A stretch of 64,000 nt of DNA from a virus. The notes under the pieces were generated by a model. It was given only the letters and a program-made list of their open reading frames with translations, ran no database searches and was not told the origin of the DNA. The translations under genes were made by a program, and so were the position numbers. Where the stretch lies: the IMG/VR virus record IMGVR_UViG_3300045051_000846, one strand, 5' to 3'. Shown here piece by piece: positions 35,699 through 45,460 of this stretch (positions within the stretch are counted from its first letter, which is position 1; the number at the start of each line of letters is the position of its first letter).

Positions 35699-36645
35699 AG
35701 CAGACGACGCTCGCGGCGTACACCACGGCCCCGGACGGGATCATCCACACCGACAAGGCCGTGCTGCTCTACAGCCGGTACAACCCGGAGGCGTACCCAA
35801 ACCGCCCGCACACCTACAAGGTGGGGCCGGTCGGGCGGACCGGTCGGATCAACTGGTCCCGCCCGCTGGCCCTCAACCTGGGCGGGGCCTTCGAGGTGGG
35901 CAACCGGTACGCGATCATGGAGCGGGGCGGGTCGCACCGCTACCTGGTCACGCTCGGCCCGCGGATGCGGATGGACCACGGGCTGAGCATCGGCGTCGGG
36001 GCGTTTCCCGACGGGCCGCGGTGGGTGGTGCGGACCCACTTCACCCAGCCGTACCCGGTGTCCGTCTACTTCGGCCCTCGGGGCGGCTACGGCATCAGCC
36101 CGGACACGGGCGAGGCCCCCATCCTCCGCGGCGGCGACCTGGACCCGCCCCGGCTGTACACGTCGCGGGTGCTGCTGTGCGACGACCCGACCGACCGCGT
36201 GACCGTCCGCCGCGGGGCGGACGGCGAGCTGTACGCCCTCAACCACAGCGTCCTGGGCGGCACGTACTGCTTCTTCCGGTTCCCGGTCGGCTGCCTGCCG
36301 GGGCGGGAGGGGTACGCGATCTGGGGCGGGTGCTCGCTGCCCGGGGTGGCCGGCTACGAGGAGATCCTGGACTTCGACGTCAGCCCGGACGGCCGGACGC
36401 TGGCGGTGGCGTTGATCGTGAAGACGGACGACGCCGGCGACCGGCGGGTGTACCGCCGGCAGCTGTGGTTGTACGAGACGACGCCGCACGACACCCGGCT
36501 CGGGCTGACGCTGCGGACGAAGTACGAGTGGCCGTGCCAGTTCGTGTCGTACTCCCCGGACGGGCTCACGCTCGCCCTGGTGGGCAACGACAACTGGCTG
36601 CGGGCCGGCTACATGGAAACGCTGACGGTCGTGGACATCGACTAG
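35695..36645 (+). CDS. beta-rich protein with WD40-like turns
   Basis: FDVSPDGRTLAV and VSYSPDGLTLAL repeats. Confidence 0.65.
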   Translation: MKQTTLAAYTTAPDGIIHTDKAVLLYSRYNPEAYPNRPHTYKVGPVGRTGRINWSRPLALNLGGAFEVGNRYAIMERGGSHRYLVTLGPRMRMDHGLSIGVGAFPDGPRWVVRTHFTQPYPVSVYFGPRGGYGISPDTGEAPILRGGDLDPPRLYTSRVLLCDDPTDRVTVRRGADGELYALNHSVLGGTYCFFRFPVGCLPGREGYAIWGGCSLPGVAGYEEILDFDVSPDGRTLAVALIVKTDDAGDRRVYRRQLWLYETTPHDTRLGLTLRTKYEWPCQFVSYSPDGLTLALVGNDNWLRAGYMETLTVVDID

Positions 36646-36654
36646 GAGTTCTGC

Positions 36655-37233
36655 ATGTGGATCATCCCGCGGGGCGGCGAGAGCCCCGAGCACCTGAAGG
36701 ACTTGGTGGTCGATAAGATGAAGCTCAGCCGCTTCCACGCGCACGTGGAGCTGGGCACGCTGGGGAAGAAGGACCGCGGCGTGAAGATCACGTGCGTGCG
36801 GCTGAAGCGGCGGAAGCCGTACTGCGGGGCGCACCCGGGGCCGTGCCTCAACACCGGCCGCCGGCACTCGAACGCGACGTTCCTGGAGGGGCTGGACTGG
36901 GTCGGGTTCAACGCCCTGCTGAACGACCTGCTCGACGCCCACTCCGTCAACGCCGACGTGTTCAGCTACAACCGCGAGACGCTGAAGGGCGGGAAGTATT
37001 TCGTCCGCGTCGGCCGGACCCGCCGCGTCCGCTACCCGTACGACGTGAAGGACCGGTTCGCTCACTGGACCCAAGACCGGCACGACCTCACGCTGTACTT
37101 CGTGGACCGGTGCGGGAAGGCCCCGCCGCCGATCGACGAGGCCCTGGCCCTCCTGGACGGGACGCCCGGTTACCCCTGCTACACCCTGGACGAGGAGGAC
37201 AAGTATCGTGCCCAGGAAGCCGAAGCGGCATAG
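36655..37233 (+). CDS. hypothetical protein
   Basis: SD AGGAG; YCG.HPGPC. Confidence 0.7.
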   Translation: MWIIPRGGESPEHLKDLVVDKMKLSRFHAHVELGTLGKKDRGVKITCVRLKRRKPYCGAHPGPCLNTGRRHSNATFLEGLDWVGFNALLNDLLDAHSVNADVFSYNRETLKGGKYFVRVGRTRRVRYPYDVKDRFAHWTQDRHDLTLYFVDRCGKAPPPIDEALALLDGTPGYPCYTLDEEDKYRAQEAEAA

Positions 37234-37558
37234 CGGGGAGTGGTTCGACGGCGGGCTGGGCGGCCTGTTCGAGGAGCTGCCGAAGTCCGTGAAGGCCGAA
37301 CCCCCGGACCCGGCCGAGGGTCAGATGCTCGCGTTCCTCCGCGAGGGGTCCAAGCACCTCGCGTGGTTGCAGGTCAGGTTCCCCGACCCGAAGGCCGTGG
37401 TCGAGGCCCTGCGGAAGAAGGGCCACGTCATCAAGTCGGTGACGTGGCCGCACTACCGGGACTGGGTGTACGCCCTGTCCGAGGGAGGCTACCTGTACGG
37501 CCCGCACGGGGAGAAGCACGAAGACCCGGACACCGGCGGCAAGAAGAAAGGGAAGTGA
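37208..37558 (+). CDS. hypothetical protein
   Basis: ORF track. Confidence 0.6.
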   Translation: MPRKPKRHSGEWFDGGLGGLFEELPKSVKAEPPDPAEGQMLAFLREGSKHLAWLQVRFPDPKAVVEALRKKGHVIKSVTWPHYRDWVYALSEGGYLYGPHGEKHEDPDTGGKKKGK

Positions 37559-38037
37559 CCGTGTACGACGCGAAGCAACACAGCGACGACCTGCTCGCCC
37601 ACGTCGGGCGAGTGCAGGACAACGCCCGGCAGCTGGCCGACCGGCTCCGGGCGGACGGGCGGGCCGACTTCGCCCGGCTGCTGCTGGCGAAGGCCCACAT
37701 CCACGACGCGTCCAAGTGGGCCGGGATCGAGTACGAGTTCATGCACCGCGGGCCGCACGTCGACAAGGTGATGCTGGGGGCGGCCATCGCCCAGCACCAG
37801 AAGACGAACGACCACCACCCCGAGTTCTGGGGCGGCCTCCGCAACATGCCCGAGATCTGCGTGGCCGAGATGGTGTGCGACTGGCTGGCCCGGTCGCAGG
37901 AGCTGGCGACCGACCTGCGGGTGTTCGTCACCACGGTCGCCCCGGAGCGGTTCGCGTTCGACACGGCCCCGACGCAGGTGGCCTGGATCGAGTCCTTCAT
38001 CAAGATCCTGCTCCCCCAGAAGTTCGCCAACCGCTAG
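37555..38037 (+). CDS. HD-type phosphohydrolase-like protein (DUF5662-like)
   Basis: H...V, HIHDASK, H...N.HHPE, EMVCDW. Confidence 0.75.
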   Translation: MTVYDAKQHSDDLLAHVGRVQDNARQLADRLRADGRADFARLLLAKAHIHDASKWAGIEYEFMHRGPHVDKVMLGAAIAQHQKTNDHHPEFWGGLRNMPEICVAEMVCDWLARSQELATDLRVFVTTVAPERFAFDTAPTQVAWIESFIKILLPQKFANR

Positions 38038-38043
38038 GCGAAG

Positions 38044-38060
38044 CAAAAAGCCCTTTTGAG
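38044..38060 (+). repeat. dispersed motif site 6: CAAAAAGCCCTTTTGAG
   Basis: intergenic. Confidence 0.9.
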
Positions 38061-38069
38061 GAGTGACCC

Positions 38070-38660
38070 GTGCCCGACGACTTCAAGGTGCACGACCCGA
38101 AGATCTTCACCGGCGTCGGTCTGAAGCCGGTCCCCGGCCACGAGGCCCAGGCCGAGCCCCGCATCAAGCTGCTGGAGCGGACCGTCAACTTCGACCGCCG
38201 CGACACCCCCTGGATGATGGCCGAGTTCGTGTGCGAGGTCACGGCGGCCGACAAGCCCGAGGCCCTGGACTTCATCCGCAAGACGCTGGCCGTGCACATC
38301 GGCATGTCCGACCTGCACTGCCCGACGGCCCCGGACCCCGAGGTGCCGGTGCGGCCCGACTTCCCGCACCCGTTCCTCGTCGGCCCGTCGGCCGACCCGC
38401 TGAAGCCCGAGTACCTGCTGTCCGGCACCGTCAACGACCGGTTCCTGGCGGCCTGGCGGAAGTACGGCCGGATCTACTTCGAGCTCCACGTGTGGGTCCG
38501 GCGGGGCGAGGTCGACGAGTCGACGTTCATGTGGTGCGTCCTGGGGAACGACTCCCCGCTCCGCGTCATCGTGACCGACGACGAGCCGACGATCGTCACG
38601 CTGGACGCCAAGTCCGGCTACCGATGCCTGTACGCGCAGAAGAAGGGCTGGACCGTCTAG
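38070..38660 (+). CDS. hypothetical protein
   Basis: SD GAGGAG within motif flank, GTG 38070. Confidence 0.7.
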   Translation: MPDDFKVHDPKIFTGVGLKPVPGHEAQAEPRIKLLERTVNFDRRDTPWMMAEFVCEVTAADKPEALDFIRKTLAVHIGMSDLHCPTAPDPEVPVRPDFPHPFLVGPSADPLKPEYLLSGTVNDRFLAAWRKYGRIYFELHVWVRRGEVDESTFMWCVLGNDSPLRVIVTDDEPTIVTLDAKSGYRCLYAQKKGWTV

Positions 38661-38675
38661 CCCTGGTTCCCGTCC

Positions 38676-38692
38676 GTTCCCGTTCCCAACCC
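38676..38692 (+). repeat. 17-nt leader repeat GTTCCCGTTCCCAACCC, copy 1
   Basis: upstream of ATG 38708; identical to 40712-40728. Confidence 0.75.
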
Positions 38693-38707
38693 CGAAAGGA
38701 CCAGACC

Positions 38708-40699
38708 ATGAGCACCAAGGCGACGGCGAAGGCGGAGGCGGCGATGTCGACTGACTTCACCCTGTTCCAGAAGGCCGTCAACCGCCGGTTCGTCGAGATG
38801 TCGAAGCACGAGCTGTACGTCGTCGACCTGGGCGACGCCCTGTTCGACGCGTACCTGGCCGCGTTCCCGGCCGAGGCCAACCCGGTCATCAAGGAGCGGC
38901 GGCTGTACGACTGCAACACGTGCAAGCAGTTCGTCCGCCGGCTCGGCAAGGTCGTCACCATCAAGGGCGGGCAGGTCGGCACCGTCTGGGAGGGCGGCCT
39001 GGACCTGCCGGAGCCGTTCAAGTCGGTGGCCGCGGCCCTGCACGACGCCGTCCGGGACGCCAAGGTGGTGTCCGTCTTCCGCACGAAGGAGGGGCGGTAC
39101 GGGCAGGACCACAACTACGGCCAGGACGGCACCCGGCACGACCACTTCTTCGGCGACGTGGCCGCCCGGCACCGCGGCGAGGACGCCGACACCCAGCGGG
39201 GCGAGCAGGACGCGATCTTCCAGGTGATGACCCGCGGCCTGGCGGAGATCAAGGAGGCGGACCTCGACACCGTCCTCAACCTGATCGACGAGAACCAGCT
39301 GTACAAGGGGGCCGACTTCAAGCCGGCGGTCGAGGGGTTCAAGAAGCTCCTCCGCGGGCACGCCGCGGCGGACATCCCCTACCTGTACGTGTGGGAGAAC
39401 CTGGGCCACAAGCAGGCCAAGTTCCGCAGCACGCTCATCGGCAACCTGCTCGTCGAGCTGAGCAAGGGGACCGACGTCGACGCCGCCGTGCGGGCGTACG
39501 AGGCCCAGGCCGCGCCGCAGAACTACAAGCGGCCCACGGCGGTGATCACCCAGAAGATGGTGGACGACGCGCTCGCCACCCTCAACAAGCTGGACCTCGG
39601 CGGGGCGGTCCACCGCCGCTACCTGCGGCTGGGCGACGTGAGCGTGAACGACGTGCTGTTCGTCGACAACGAGAGCCGGTCGCAGATGAAGGACGGGCTG
39701 GCCGTCCTGCTGGAGGCCAGCGTGAAGAAGACGCCGCCGGACCTGAAGCGGGCCACGCCGATCGCGGCCGACGCGTTCGTCAAGGACGTGCTGCCGAAGG
39801 CGAAGACGCTGGAGGCGTTCGTCCAGAACCGCCACCAGGGCAACTTCGTCGCCCTCACCACGAGCGACGACTCGGGCCGGCTGTTCAAGTGGGACAACCC
39901 GGCGGCGTGGAGCTACGAGGGCAACGTCACGGACAGCGTGAAGCAGCGGGTCAAGTCGGCCGGCGGCAAGGTCGACGCCAAGCTCCGGGTCAGCCTGTCC
40001 TGGTTCAACTTCGACGACCTCGACCTGCACGCCGAGACGCCGACCGGCGAGCACATCGGGTTCAACGAGAAGCGGGGCGTCCTCGACGTCGACATGAACG
40101 CCCACCACGGCACGACCCGCAGCGCGGTGGAGAACCTGGCGTTCAACGCCCTGAAGGACGGCGTCTACCGGGTCTGGGTGAACCAGTTCCAGAAGCGGGA
40201 GTCGATCGACGTCGGGTTCGCCATTGAGGTCGAGTTCGGCGGGCAGGTGCACGAGTACAGCTACCCGAAGGCGGTGAAGGACAAGGAGAACGTGCAGTGC
40301 TTCAAGCTGCACGTGAAGAAGGGCGAGCTGGTGAAGATCGAGACGGAGCTCGCCGGCGGCACCAGCTCGCAGGAGAAGTGGGGCGTCCAGACGGAGACCC
40401 TGGTCCCGGTCGTGGCCGCCATGTACAGCCCCAACTACTGGGGGGAGAACGCGGTCGGGGCGAAGCACCTGATCCTCGCCCTCAAGGGGTGCAAGAACCC
40501 GGGGCCGACCCGGGGCGTCTACAACGAGTTCCTGCGCGCCGACCTGGAGAAGCACCGCAAGGTCTTCGAGGTGCTGGGCGCGAAGACGCAGTGCCCGTAC
40601 TCGGACGAGCAGGTGTCCGGGGTCGGGTTCACCGCCGCCCGCGGCGACACCGTCACCCTCGTGGTGGACGGCAAGCGGGCGTACCTGCTGACGTTCTAG
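38708..40699 (+). CDS. conserved phage protein with C-terminal YfaP/DUF2135-like domain
   Basis: YDCNTC; LRVSLSWFNFDDLDLH...LDVD...VENL. Confidence 0.7.
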   Translation: MSTKATAKAEAAMSTDFTLFQKAVNRRFVEMSKHELYVVDLGDALFDAYLAAFPAEANPVIKERRLYDCNTCKQFVRRLGKVVTIKGGQVGTVWEGGLDLPEPFKSVAAALHDAVRDAKVVSVFRTKEGRYGQDHNYGQDGTRHDHFFGDVAARHRGEDADTQRGEQDAIFQVMTRGLAEIKEADLDTVLNLIDENQLYKGADFKPAVEGFKKLLRGHAAADIPYLYVWENLGHKQAKFRSTLIGNLLVELSKGTDVDAAVRAYEAQAAPQNYKRPTAVITQKMVDDALATLNKLDLGGAVHRRYLRLGDVSVNDVLFVDNESRSQMKDGLAVLLEASVKKTPPDLKRATPIAADAFVKDVLPKAKTLEAFVQNRHQGNFVALTTSDDSGRLFKWDNPAAWSYEGNVTDSVKQRVKSAGGKVDAKLRVSLSWFNFDDLDLHAETPTGEHIGFNEKRGVLDVDMNAHHGTTRSAVENLAFNALKDGVYRVWVNQFQKRESIDVGFAIEVEFGGQVHEYSYPKAVKDKENVQCFKLHVKKGELVKIETELAGGTSSQEKWGVQTETLVPVVAAMYSPNYWGENAVGAKHLILALKGCKNPGPTRGVYNEFLRADLEKHRKVFEVLGAKTQCPYSDEQVSGVGFTAARGDTVTLVVDGKRAYLLTF

Positions 40700-40711
40700 G
40701 CCCGAAGTCCG

Positions 40712-40728
40712 GTTCCCGTTCCCAACCC
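40712..40728 (+). repeat. 17-nt leader repeat GTTCCCGTTCCCAACCC, copy 2
   Basis: upstream of GTG 40749. Confidence 0.75.
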
Positions 40729-40748
40729 ATTACCGAGGAGAGTTCTCA

Positions 40749-41165
40749 GTGACCGACATCTACAAGTTCGCCGCCCAGACCGCCCTCCGGTTCCCGTCGC
40801 CCCGCGGCGGCGACCTGACCGTGGAGCAGCTGTTCCAGCTGCCCCTCCAGTCGAAGACCGGGTTCGACCTCGACAACGTGGCGAAGCTCGTCAACACCGA
40901 GCTGAAGGCCGTCGACGAGGAGTCGTTCGTCCCGACGGCGAAGACGAGCCCCGACAAGGCCCGGCTGTCGGCGGCGATGGCGATCGTCAAGGACGTCATC
41001 GACACCAAGGTCGCGGAGAACGCCGCCGCGGCCACCAAGCGGGAGCGGCAGGAGGAGATCCGGCGCATCCGCGACCTCATCGTCCAGAAGAAGGACGAGA
41101 AGCTGGCCGGGTCGTCGCTGGAGGAGCTGGAGGCGAAGCTGAAGTCCCTGAGCGAGTCGGCGTAG
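40749..41165 (+). CDS. conserved phage coiled-coil protein
   Basis: LRFPS.RG.L.VEQL..LPL...LD..A...EESFV; charged helical C-terminus. Confidence 0.7.
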   Translation: MTDIYKFAAQTALRFPSPRGGDLTVEQLFQLPLQSKTGFDLDNVAKLVNTELKAVDEESFVPTAKTSPDKARLSAAMAIVKDVIDTKVAENAAAATKRERQEEIRRIRDLIVQKKDEKLAGSSLEELEAKLKSLSESA

Positions 41166-41178
41166 GCCAATCGCGGGC

Positions 41179-41200
41179 GGGGCGGGCTCCGGCCCGCCCC
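41179..41200. repeat. 22-nt hairpin GGGGCGGGC-TCCG-GCCCGCCCC, copy 2
   Basis: identical to 10105-10126; intergenic. Confidence 0.8.
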
Positions 41201-41205
41201 GTCTT

Positions 41206-41223
41206 CCCAAAAGCACTTTTGAG
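41206..41223 (+). repeat. dispersed motif site 7: CCCAAAAGCACTTTTGAG
   Basis: intergenic, just after a GC hairpin. Confidence 0.9.
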
Positions 41224-42423
41224 GTGGGCATGGCCGGGTTCCTGATCACCGGCGAGTTCGTCGCCCAGCACGGCCGGGACCGGGTCTACGAGTTCGGGTG
41301 GGAGGACGGCGTCCGGTTCCTGGCGTCGGCCCTGCCGGGGATGCCGTACGCCGACGCCGTCGAGGTATTGGCCGGCCGCAAGACGTTCGCGGGCGACAGC
41401 AACACCGGGCTGACGCTGGTCGACGAGTCGTCCGAGCTGCGGAAGCAGACCGAGGACCAGCACCGGTGGCTCTACGCCGGCGTCATGTACGACCGCCCCA
41501 GCAAGAAGTATTGGCGGCCCTACGCGTACGTCTGCGGGTGGGGGCCGCAGGACATGCGGCCCAACCGGATCGAGAACCGCTACCACCCGTACCCGAGCGG
41601 GCGGATGGTGTCGGAGCGGTGCGGCGGGGACATGGCGTCCTGGGGCCGGTTCCGCAACGTGTACTACATGGACGACCCGGTCGAGGACCGCATGTGGTAC
41701 GCCGCCATCCCCGGCCGGCTGAAGGCCGACGGCGACCAGGCGGTGCTGTTCAAGAACGTGCCGTCGCCGCCGATGTGGTGGATGCACCTCACCGACCCGC
41801 GGCTGGCGGTGGTGGAGTACGTCCGGGCCGGGTACGAGCTCGACGAACGCGGCGCGCACAAGGAGCGGCTGCGGGAGTCGGAGCTGAAGGAGATCATGGG
41901 GGAGATCAAGCTCCCCAAGGGGCCGCCCCCGAAGGCCGTCATCGCCAACCCCCCGGGGCCGCCGCCCAACGCGTCGCGCATCCAGGAGCTGATCGCCGAG
42001 TCGGGGCAGGAGGACTACGTCAAGGACGGGCTGCTGCGGGCACTCACCGACGACGGCGCGTACCGGCTGCCGGACCCGACCACGGACGTGACGCAGTCGA
42101 AGTGGGCGTGGGTGGACCGCGGCGGCAAGCTGTGGCCGTGCCGCGGGTACATGGACCACATCCCGATGGCCCAGGCCCTGTGTGAGAAGTTCCAGGTCGA
42201 CGCCGGGCCGTACAAGGGCAACTGGGCTCGCGCCCTGGAGGCGGCCGGGTGGGGCAAGGTCGGCGTCAGCAACCTGGGCGACCCGTACGGCGAGTACCGG
42301 TCGGGCCTGCGGCGGACGAAGGCCCTGACGGAGAAGATCGCGGAGTGGCTGATGCACCACGCGAAGCAGAACCCCGACCAGCTGGCCCGGTGGCTGGAGC
42401 GGGCGGACGGGTTCGACTACTAG
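41224..42423 (+). CDS. hypothetical protein
   Basis: ORF track; follows motif site. Confidence 0.75.
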   Translation: MGMAGFLITGEFVAQHGRDRVYEFGWEDGVRFLASALPGMPYADAVEVLAGRKTFAGDSNTGLTLVDESSELRKQTEDQHRWLYAGVMYDRPSKKYWRPYAYVCGWGPQDMRPNRIENRYHPYPSGRMVSERCGGDMASWGRFRNVYYMDDPVEDRMWYAAIPGRLKADGDQAVLFKNVPSPPMWWMHLTDPRLAVVEYVRAGYELDERGAHKERLRESELKEIMGEIKLPKGPPPKAVIANPPGPPPNASRIQELIAESGQEDYVKDGLLRALTDDGAYRLPDPTTDVTQSKWAWVDRGGKLWPCRGYMDHIPMAQALCEKFQVDAGPYKGNWARALEAAGWGKVGVSNLGDPYGEYRSGLRRTKALTEKIAEWLMHHAKQNPDQLARWLERADGFDY

Positions 42424-42430
42424 GAGGACT

Positions 42431-42838
42431 GTGATGCACCAGGACGTCGTGTTGGCGGTCCCGCGGGAGCCGTGGCTCGACCGCCTCCGCCGGGACCACC
42501 GGGTCTGGCTCGTCAAGGAAAACCGCCCGGCGATCGTCGCCTGGGCCTGGGAGCCGCCGGACCCGGGCACCGTCCTGGGGACGGGCCGCATCGCCATCCA
42601 GCCGCTCGTCGACAACCACGTCCAGCCCGTGCAGGTGTGGTACGCCGACGTGCTCGGCCGTGGCATCAACCGGAGCCAGCTGTTCGCCCCGATCGAGGGG
42701 CAGCTGCCGGCCGAGGCGTCGCCGATCTCCGAGCCGGTCGTGCGGCAGCTGATGCGGACGGTGGCGGCCCTCAACCACCGGATCGAGCAGCTGGAGGGTG
42801 AGGTCCACGCGATCCGGTACGGTTCCATGTTCATGTAG
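42431..42838 (+). CDS. hypothetical protein
   Basis: SD AGGAGG. Confidence 0.7.
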   Translation: MMHQDVVLAVPREPWLDRLRRDHRVWLVKENRPAIVAWAWEPPDPGTVLGTGRIAIQPLVDNHVQPVQVWYADVLGRGINRSQLFAPIEGQLPAEASPISEPVVRQLMRTVAALNHRIEQLEGEVHAIRYGSMFM

Positions 42839-42844
42839 GAGGGT

Positions 42845-43351
42845 GTGATGGGCAAGCGGGCCGCGAACAAACCCGAGCGGGCCTGGGACCGGCCCGACGT
42901 GCCGCACAAGGGTTGGCGGCTGATCGCCGTCCACGACAACGGCGACGCCACGCACACGTGCGAAATGTGCGGCAACGAGGAAGTTCGGTACGTGCACGTG
43001 ATGGAGCACGACCGGCACGAGGAGCTGTCGGTCGGGTGCGTGTGCGCCGAGAAGATGTCGCAAGACTACACGACCCCCGGCGAGTTGCAAACTCGGCTCG
43101 CCGACAACGCCCGCAAGCGGCTCGCCCTGGTGCACTCGCCGCAGTGGTCGGGGACGTGGTCCGGCAACCAGAAGGTACGCCGCAACGGGAGGACGCACGT
43201 CGTCTTCTTCAAATTCGGCAAGTACAAGTACCTCAGCTACGACTCGCTGGGGAGGAAGGTGTTCTCGCCCGGGTACGCGACGATCGGGGCGGCCGTCGAG
43301 GCGTTGGCCGAGCATCTGTACCCGTCGCGGGTTAGGAGGGGACGTGGGTAG
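42845..43351 (+). CDS. zinc-finger-containing protein
   Basis: HTCEMCG...RYVH...VGCVCA. Confidence 0.72.
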   Translation: MMGKRAANKPERAWDRPDVPHKGWRLIAVHDNGDATHTCEMCGNEEVRYVHVMEHDRHEELSVGCVCAEKMSQDYTTPGELQTRLADNARKRLALVHSPQWSGTWSGNQKVRRNGRTHVVFFKFGKYKYLSYDSLGRKVFSPGYATIGAAVEALAEHLYPSRVRRGRG

Positions 43352-43631
43352 CAAGAAGAAGACGAACGGCGAGGTGTTCGCCGAGACGCAGGCGGCGGTC
43401 ACCGCCGCCTTCGGCACGCCCCGCCCGGTCAGCGTGCGGGAGCTGCTGGACAACCTGCGGTCGTGCAGCACGGCGACCCTGGAGTCCGGGAAGAAGGGCA
43501 CGAAGCGGAACCTGGAGCACGAGAAGCGGTGCTACCGCGACGTGTTCCAGCAGGTGGTCGGCCGCAAGCCGACGGCGGCCGAGATCAACCACATGGTCGG
43601 CGGCATCGAGCTGAGGAGCGAGACCGCATGA
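43344..43631 (+). CDS. hypothetical protein
   Basis: SD AGGAGG. Confidence 0.65.
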   Translation: MGSKKKTNGEVFAETQAAVTAAFGTPRPVSVRELLDNLRSCSTATLESGKKGTKRNLEHEKRCYRDVFQQVVGRKPTAAEINHMVGGIELRSETA

Positions 43632-44062
43632 CCAGGCAGTTCAAGACCGAGCGGGAGTTCCACGCCGCCCGGCGGATGTTCGCGGTCACCGACCACGGCG
43701 TCCTGGTGGCCGAGGCCGGCGACCTGCGGACTCACTACGAGTGGCTGAGTAGCCACTTCGGGGACGCCCCGGTCGAGCGGTACTTCGCCGAGACCACCCG
43801 CGGGTACGTCCTGGACGGCGTCCTGTGCGCCTACAAGGGCCAGGACTTCTCCCGGTGGGTGAAGTACGGCGACGTCGTCCTCGCCCTGGACGAGATGGAG
43901 AAGCACTGCGGCCCGATCGAGCGCGTGTGGCTCGGGGTCCGCAGGGGGAAGCACGACTCGCAGCCGTGGCCCCCGGTGGTCGACGCGGACGCCGGGGAGT
44001 TCCGGTCGTACGTCGCCAAGCTGGCCGCGGAGAAGAAGGAGAAGACGGATGGCGACGGGTAA
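43628..44062 (+). CDS. hypothetical protein
   Basis: ATGA coupling. Confidence 0.65.
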   Translation: MTRQFKTEREFHAARRMFAVTDHGVLVAEAGDLRTHYEWLSSHFGDAPVERYFAETTRGYVLDGVLCAYKGQDFSRWVKYGDVVLALDEMEKHCGPIERVWLGVRRGKHDSQPWPPVVDADAGEFRSYVAKLAAEKKEKTDGDG

Positions 44063-44600
44063 CGAGATCTGGTTCGGGTACACGTACCCGGAGTACCACG
44101 AGAAGGCCCCGGCGGACGCCCCGCGGGTGCCCTGGCCGCTGCCCACGGACGGGAGCGAGGACGGCCACCGGGAGGAGTGGATTGACCAGTTCGACGAGTT
44201 CTGCAAGGCCGTCGACCCGCACCTCAAGGAGGCGTGGCTGGCGGCCGTGAAGGAGCTGGGGTGGCCGACGCCCGTCCCCAAGCGGGGGAAGGGGAACGAG
44301 GGCTACTTCACGATCCACGTCGAGGGCGGCAAGCGGGACTTCACGGCGTTCAGCCTGTACCGGCAGATCGGCGGGGAGATGGAGTTCGACTTCCCCGACG
44401 TGCCGATCGGGGTGCCGCTGTCGAGCCGCTACTTCCCCACGTTCCTCGACTGGCGCGACCCGTCCGGCACCCTGCCCAACCCGCTCGTCATTTGGACGCC
44501 GGAGATGGCCCGCATGATCGACGTGGCGACCCGCCACATCGTCACGGCCGTGCCCTGGCTGCGGGCGGGCAAGGTCATGGTGCTCGAACTCCACTACTAG
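44049..44600 (+). CDS. hypothetical protein
   Basis: ORF track. Confidence 0.7.
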   Translation: MATGNEIWFGYTYPEYHEKAPADAPRVPWPLPTDGSEDGHREEWIDQFDEFCKAVDPHLKEAWLAAVKELGWPTPVPKRGKGNEGYFTIHVEGGKRDFTAFSLYRQIGGEMEFDFPDVPIGVPLSSRYFPTFLDWRDPSGTLPNPLVIWTPEMARMIDVATRHIVTAVPWLRAGKVMVLELHY

Positions 44601-44603
44601 GGG

Positions 44604-44870
44604 GTGCCCGTGGCGAAGGCGAAGCAGAGCGGGCGGCAGCCGAGCCACCGCCTGAAGGTGTTCGACAAGACGACCGGCCGCAGCGACCGCGTCGGGGCCG
44701 GGTGGCAGAACGCGGACGGCACCATCTCGGTCGTCATCAACATGAACGTGGTGCTGTCCGAGGCGACGTTGGCGGACCGGACGCTGACGCTGTTCCCGGT
44801 CGACCAGGAGGTCCGCGACAATGACACGGGCTACCGCGCCCCGCCGGGCGAAGCCGCGAGTCCACCGTGA
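44604..44870 (+). CDS. small beta protein (DUF736-like VGA.W.N.DG pattern)
   Basis: RVGAGWQNADGTISVVI. Confidence 0.55.
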   Translation: MPVAKAKQSGRQPSHRLKVFDKTTGRSDRVGAGWQNADGTISVVINMNVVLSEATLADRTLTLFPVDQEVRDNDTGYRAPPGEAASPP

Positions 44871-45261
44871 GTGGTTCCGCACCGTCGAGCGGGGCGGGCG
44901 CAAGTCGTGCCCGTCTTGCAAGACGCGGCTGGACCACGGAGAGTGGATCTGGAGCTGGGGCGAGTACGTGCGGGCCAAGTTCCGGGCCATCCGGGACGTG
45001 TGCAAGCACTGCTGGCCCGAGGTCCGGGAGCAACTGAAGGCCCACGCCGGCGGCTGCGGCTGCACGTTCGAGCTCGTCGCCCGGGGGGCGTCGCGGCCGG
45101 CGTGGATGGCGATGGAGGACTGCGATGCTGGAGGGACCGAACGAGTCGATGAAGCACGGGTCCGGGGTGGACCTGGTGACGGCGGACACGACGCAGAAGG
45201 AGTTCGACAACCTGCTGAAGTTCCGGCCGCACTACATGACGCTGTTCATCGCCCTGGCTGA
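44821..45261 (+). CDS. zinc-finger protein, 3' end overlaps next gene
   Basis: CPSC...CKHC...CGC. Confidence 0.55.
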   Translation: MTRATAPRRAKPRVHREWFRTVERGGRKSCPSCKTRLDHGEWIWSWGEYVRAKFRAIRDVCKHCWPEVREQLKAHAGGCGCTFELVARGASRPAWMAMEDCDAGGTERVDEARVRGGPGDGGHDAEGVRQPAEVPAALHDAVHRPG

Positions 45262-45460
45262 CTTCGCCGTGCAGGGCCAGGCCGACCGCCTGGACGCCCG
45301 CGGCCTGATGTCGATGATGCGGTGGTTCGGCAAGCGGCTGACCGGCAAGAAGCTGGGGGTCGGCAACCAGTTCTCGCAGTATTTCGCCCGGGAGGCGATC
45401 AAGCGGCGGCCGGACCTGGCCCCGTTCATCACGCTGCGCCCGGACCTGGAGAAGAAGTGA
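45125..45460 (+). CDS. hypothetical protein
   Basis: SD GGAGG. Confidence 0.65.
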   Translation: MLEGPNESMKHGSGVDLVTADTTQKEFDNLLKFRPHYMTLFIALADFAVQGQADRLDARGLMSMMRWFGKRLTGKKLGVGNQFSQYFAREAIKRRPDLAPFITLRPDLEKK

